64,000 bases of DNA from Selaginella moellendorffii (Eukaryota > Plantae > Lycopodiophyta): contig NW_003314281.1 of the NCBI RefSeq assembly GCF_000143415.4, positions 1,713,882-1,777,881 of the forward strand, in the 5' to 3' direction. The notes beneath the pieces are model-generated. The model had not been told where the DNA came from. It searched no databases and saw only the letters and a list, made by a program, of their open reading frames with translations. Each line of letters starts with the position of its first letter. The first letter of the stretch is position 1. Of the stretch, positions 63,094 through 64,000 are shown in pieces. Position numbers and translations under genes: made by a program.

Positions 63094-64000
63094 ATGTCGC
63101 TGATCGAGGCGCACAACCTGAGGATCGTTGGGAATGGCCAGCGGATCGTCATCCTGAGCCATGGCTTTGGCACGGATCAATCGGTGTGGAAGCACCTCGT
63201 CCCCCACCTCGTCGATGAGTATCGCATGGTCCTCTTTGACATCATGGGCGCCGGCACCACCAACGCCGAGTTCTTCAGCTTCGAGCGCTATGCCACTCTC
63301 GCCGGCTATGCGCAGGATCTCCTCTCCATCATCGACGAGCTGGAGATCGACTCGTGCATCTACGTCGGCCACTCGGTCTCGGGCATGATCGGCTGCCTGG
63401 CCGCCGCTGCTCGCCCCGAAATCTTCTCCAAGATCATCCTTCTCTCGGCCTCTCCCAGGTAAGAAATCCAGTTTACTTTCGATTATACGCATAGATCTCT
63501 CGCGATAGATTACGCATAGATCTCTGTCTCTCTCTCTGAGCTCTCACAGAGCTCTCTCTAGCGGTTACTTAAATCACTGATAGCTTCTCTCTTCTATTCC
63601 AAGCTCTCTTCCTAGATTTCTAAGATCTCAAAGATCTCTTCCTTCTTTCTGAGATCTCCCATTCCAAATGGAGGATAGCTCTCTCTTTGGTAGTTTCTTT
63701 CTTTTGTCCATATGGAAAATGGATGGCTGATCTCGCGACTCTTCCAACTTTCTCCAGGTACTTGAACGATGAGAATTACTTCGGAGGCTTCGAGCAGCAG
63801 GATCTCAACGAGCTGTTTGACGCGATGCAATCCAACTTCAAGGCGTGGGTGTCCGGATTCGCTCCGCTGGTAGTGGGCGACGATATGGAATCGGCCACGG
63901 TCCAGGAATTCAGCCGCACGCTCTTCAACGTCCGCCCGGACATCGCCCTCGCCGTCGCCAAGAGCATCTTCCAGAGCGATTTCCGCCACATTCTTCCAGG
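63094..64000 (+). CDS. KAI2: KARRIKIN INSENSITIVE 2 / D14-like alpha/beta hydrolase (3' truncated by window)
   Basis: [34 protein letters not shown] nucleophile elbow, SASPR|YLND conserved intron (63459-63757), [16 protein letters not shown]. Confidence 0.95.

Overview
This is eukaryotic plant nuclear DNA. Introns of about 50-70 bp, very tight gene spacing, PLS-class PPR genes and KAI2 point to a lycophyte such as Selaginella (inference). 1-14.7 kb is a decayed transposon zone. It holds a ParB/Srx-like pseudogene with an intronic array of 84-bp hairpin repeats, a 325-bp foldback and a divergently oriented GCM-like/SWIM transposase remnant. It also holds a Gypsy-type LTR element carrying an intact Cassandra-type TRIM with 5S-rRNA-like LTRs. 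14.8-25.8 kb is a dense gene block: BTB/GMCL-like protein, GT4 glycosyltransferase, cNMP-domain acyl-CoA thioesterase, C2 protein, a divergent BT1-like carrier and TIC20. 26-30.9 kb is AT-rich repeat DNA, followed by a second thioesterase. 34-50.6 kb is a recently triplicated (one inverted, two tandem) PPR/PhyH-dioxygenase head-to-head cassette with thioesterase fragments and Dof-like pseudogenes. 51-54.5 kb is a mosaic of gene fragments, including a ~260-bp-arm hairpin made from a Pol theta (TEBICHI) exon. The window ends with a third thioesterase head-to-head with CWF19L1 (AT-AC intron), a long PPR gene and the 5' part of KAI2. Family calls come from motif recognition by eye; no searches were run.
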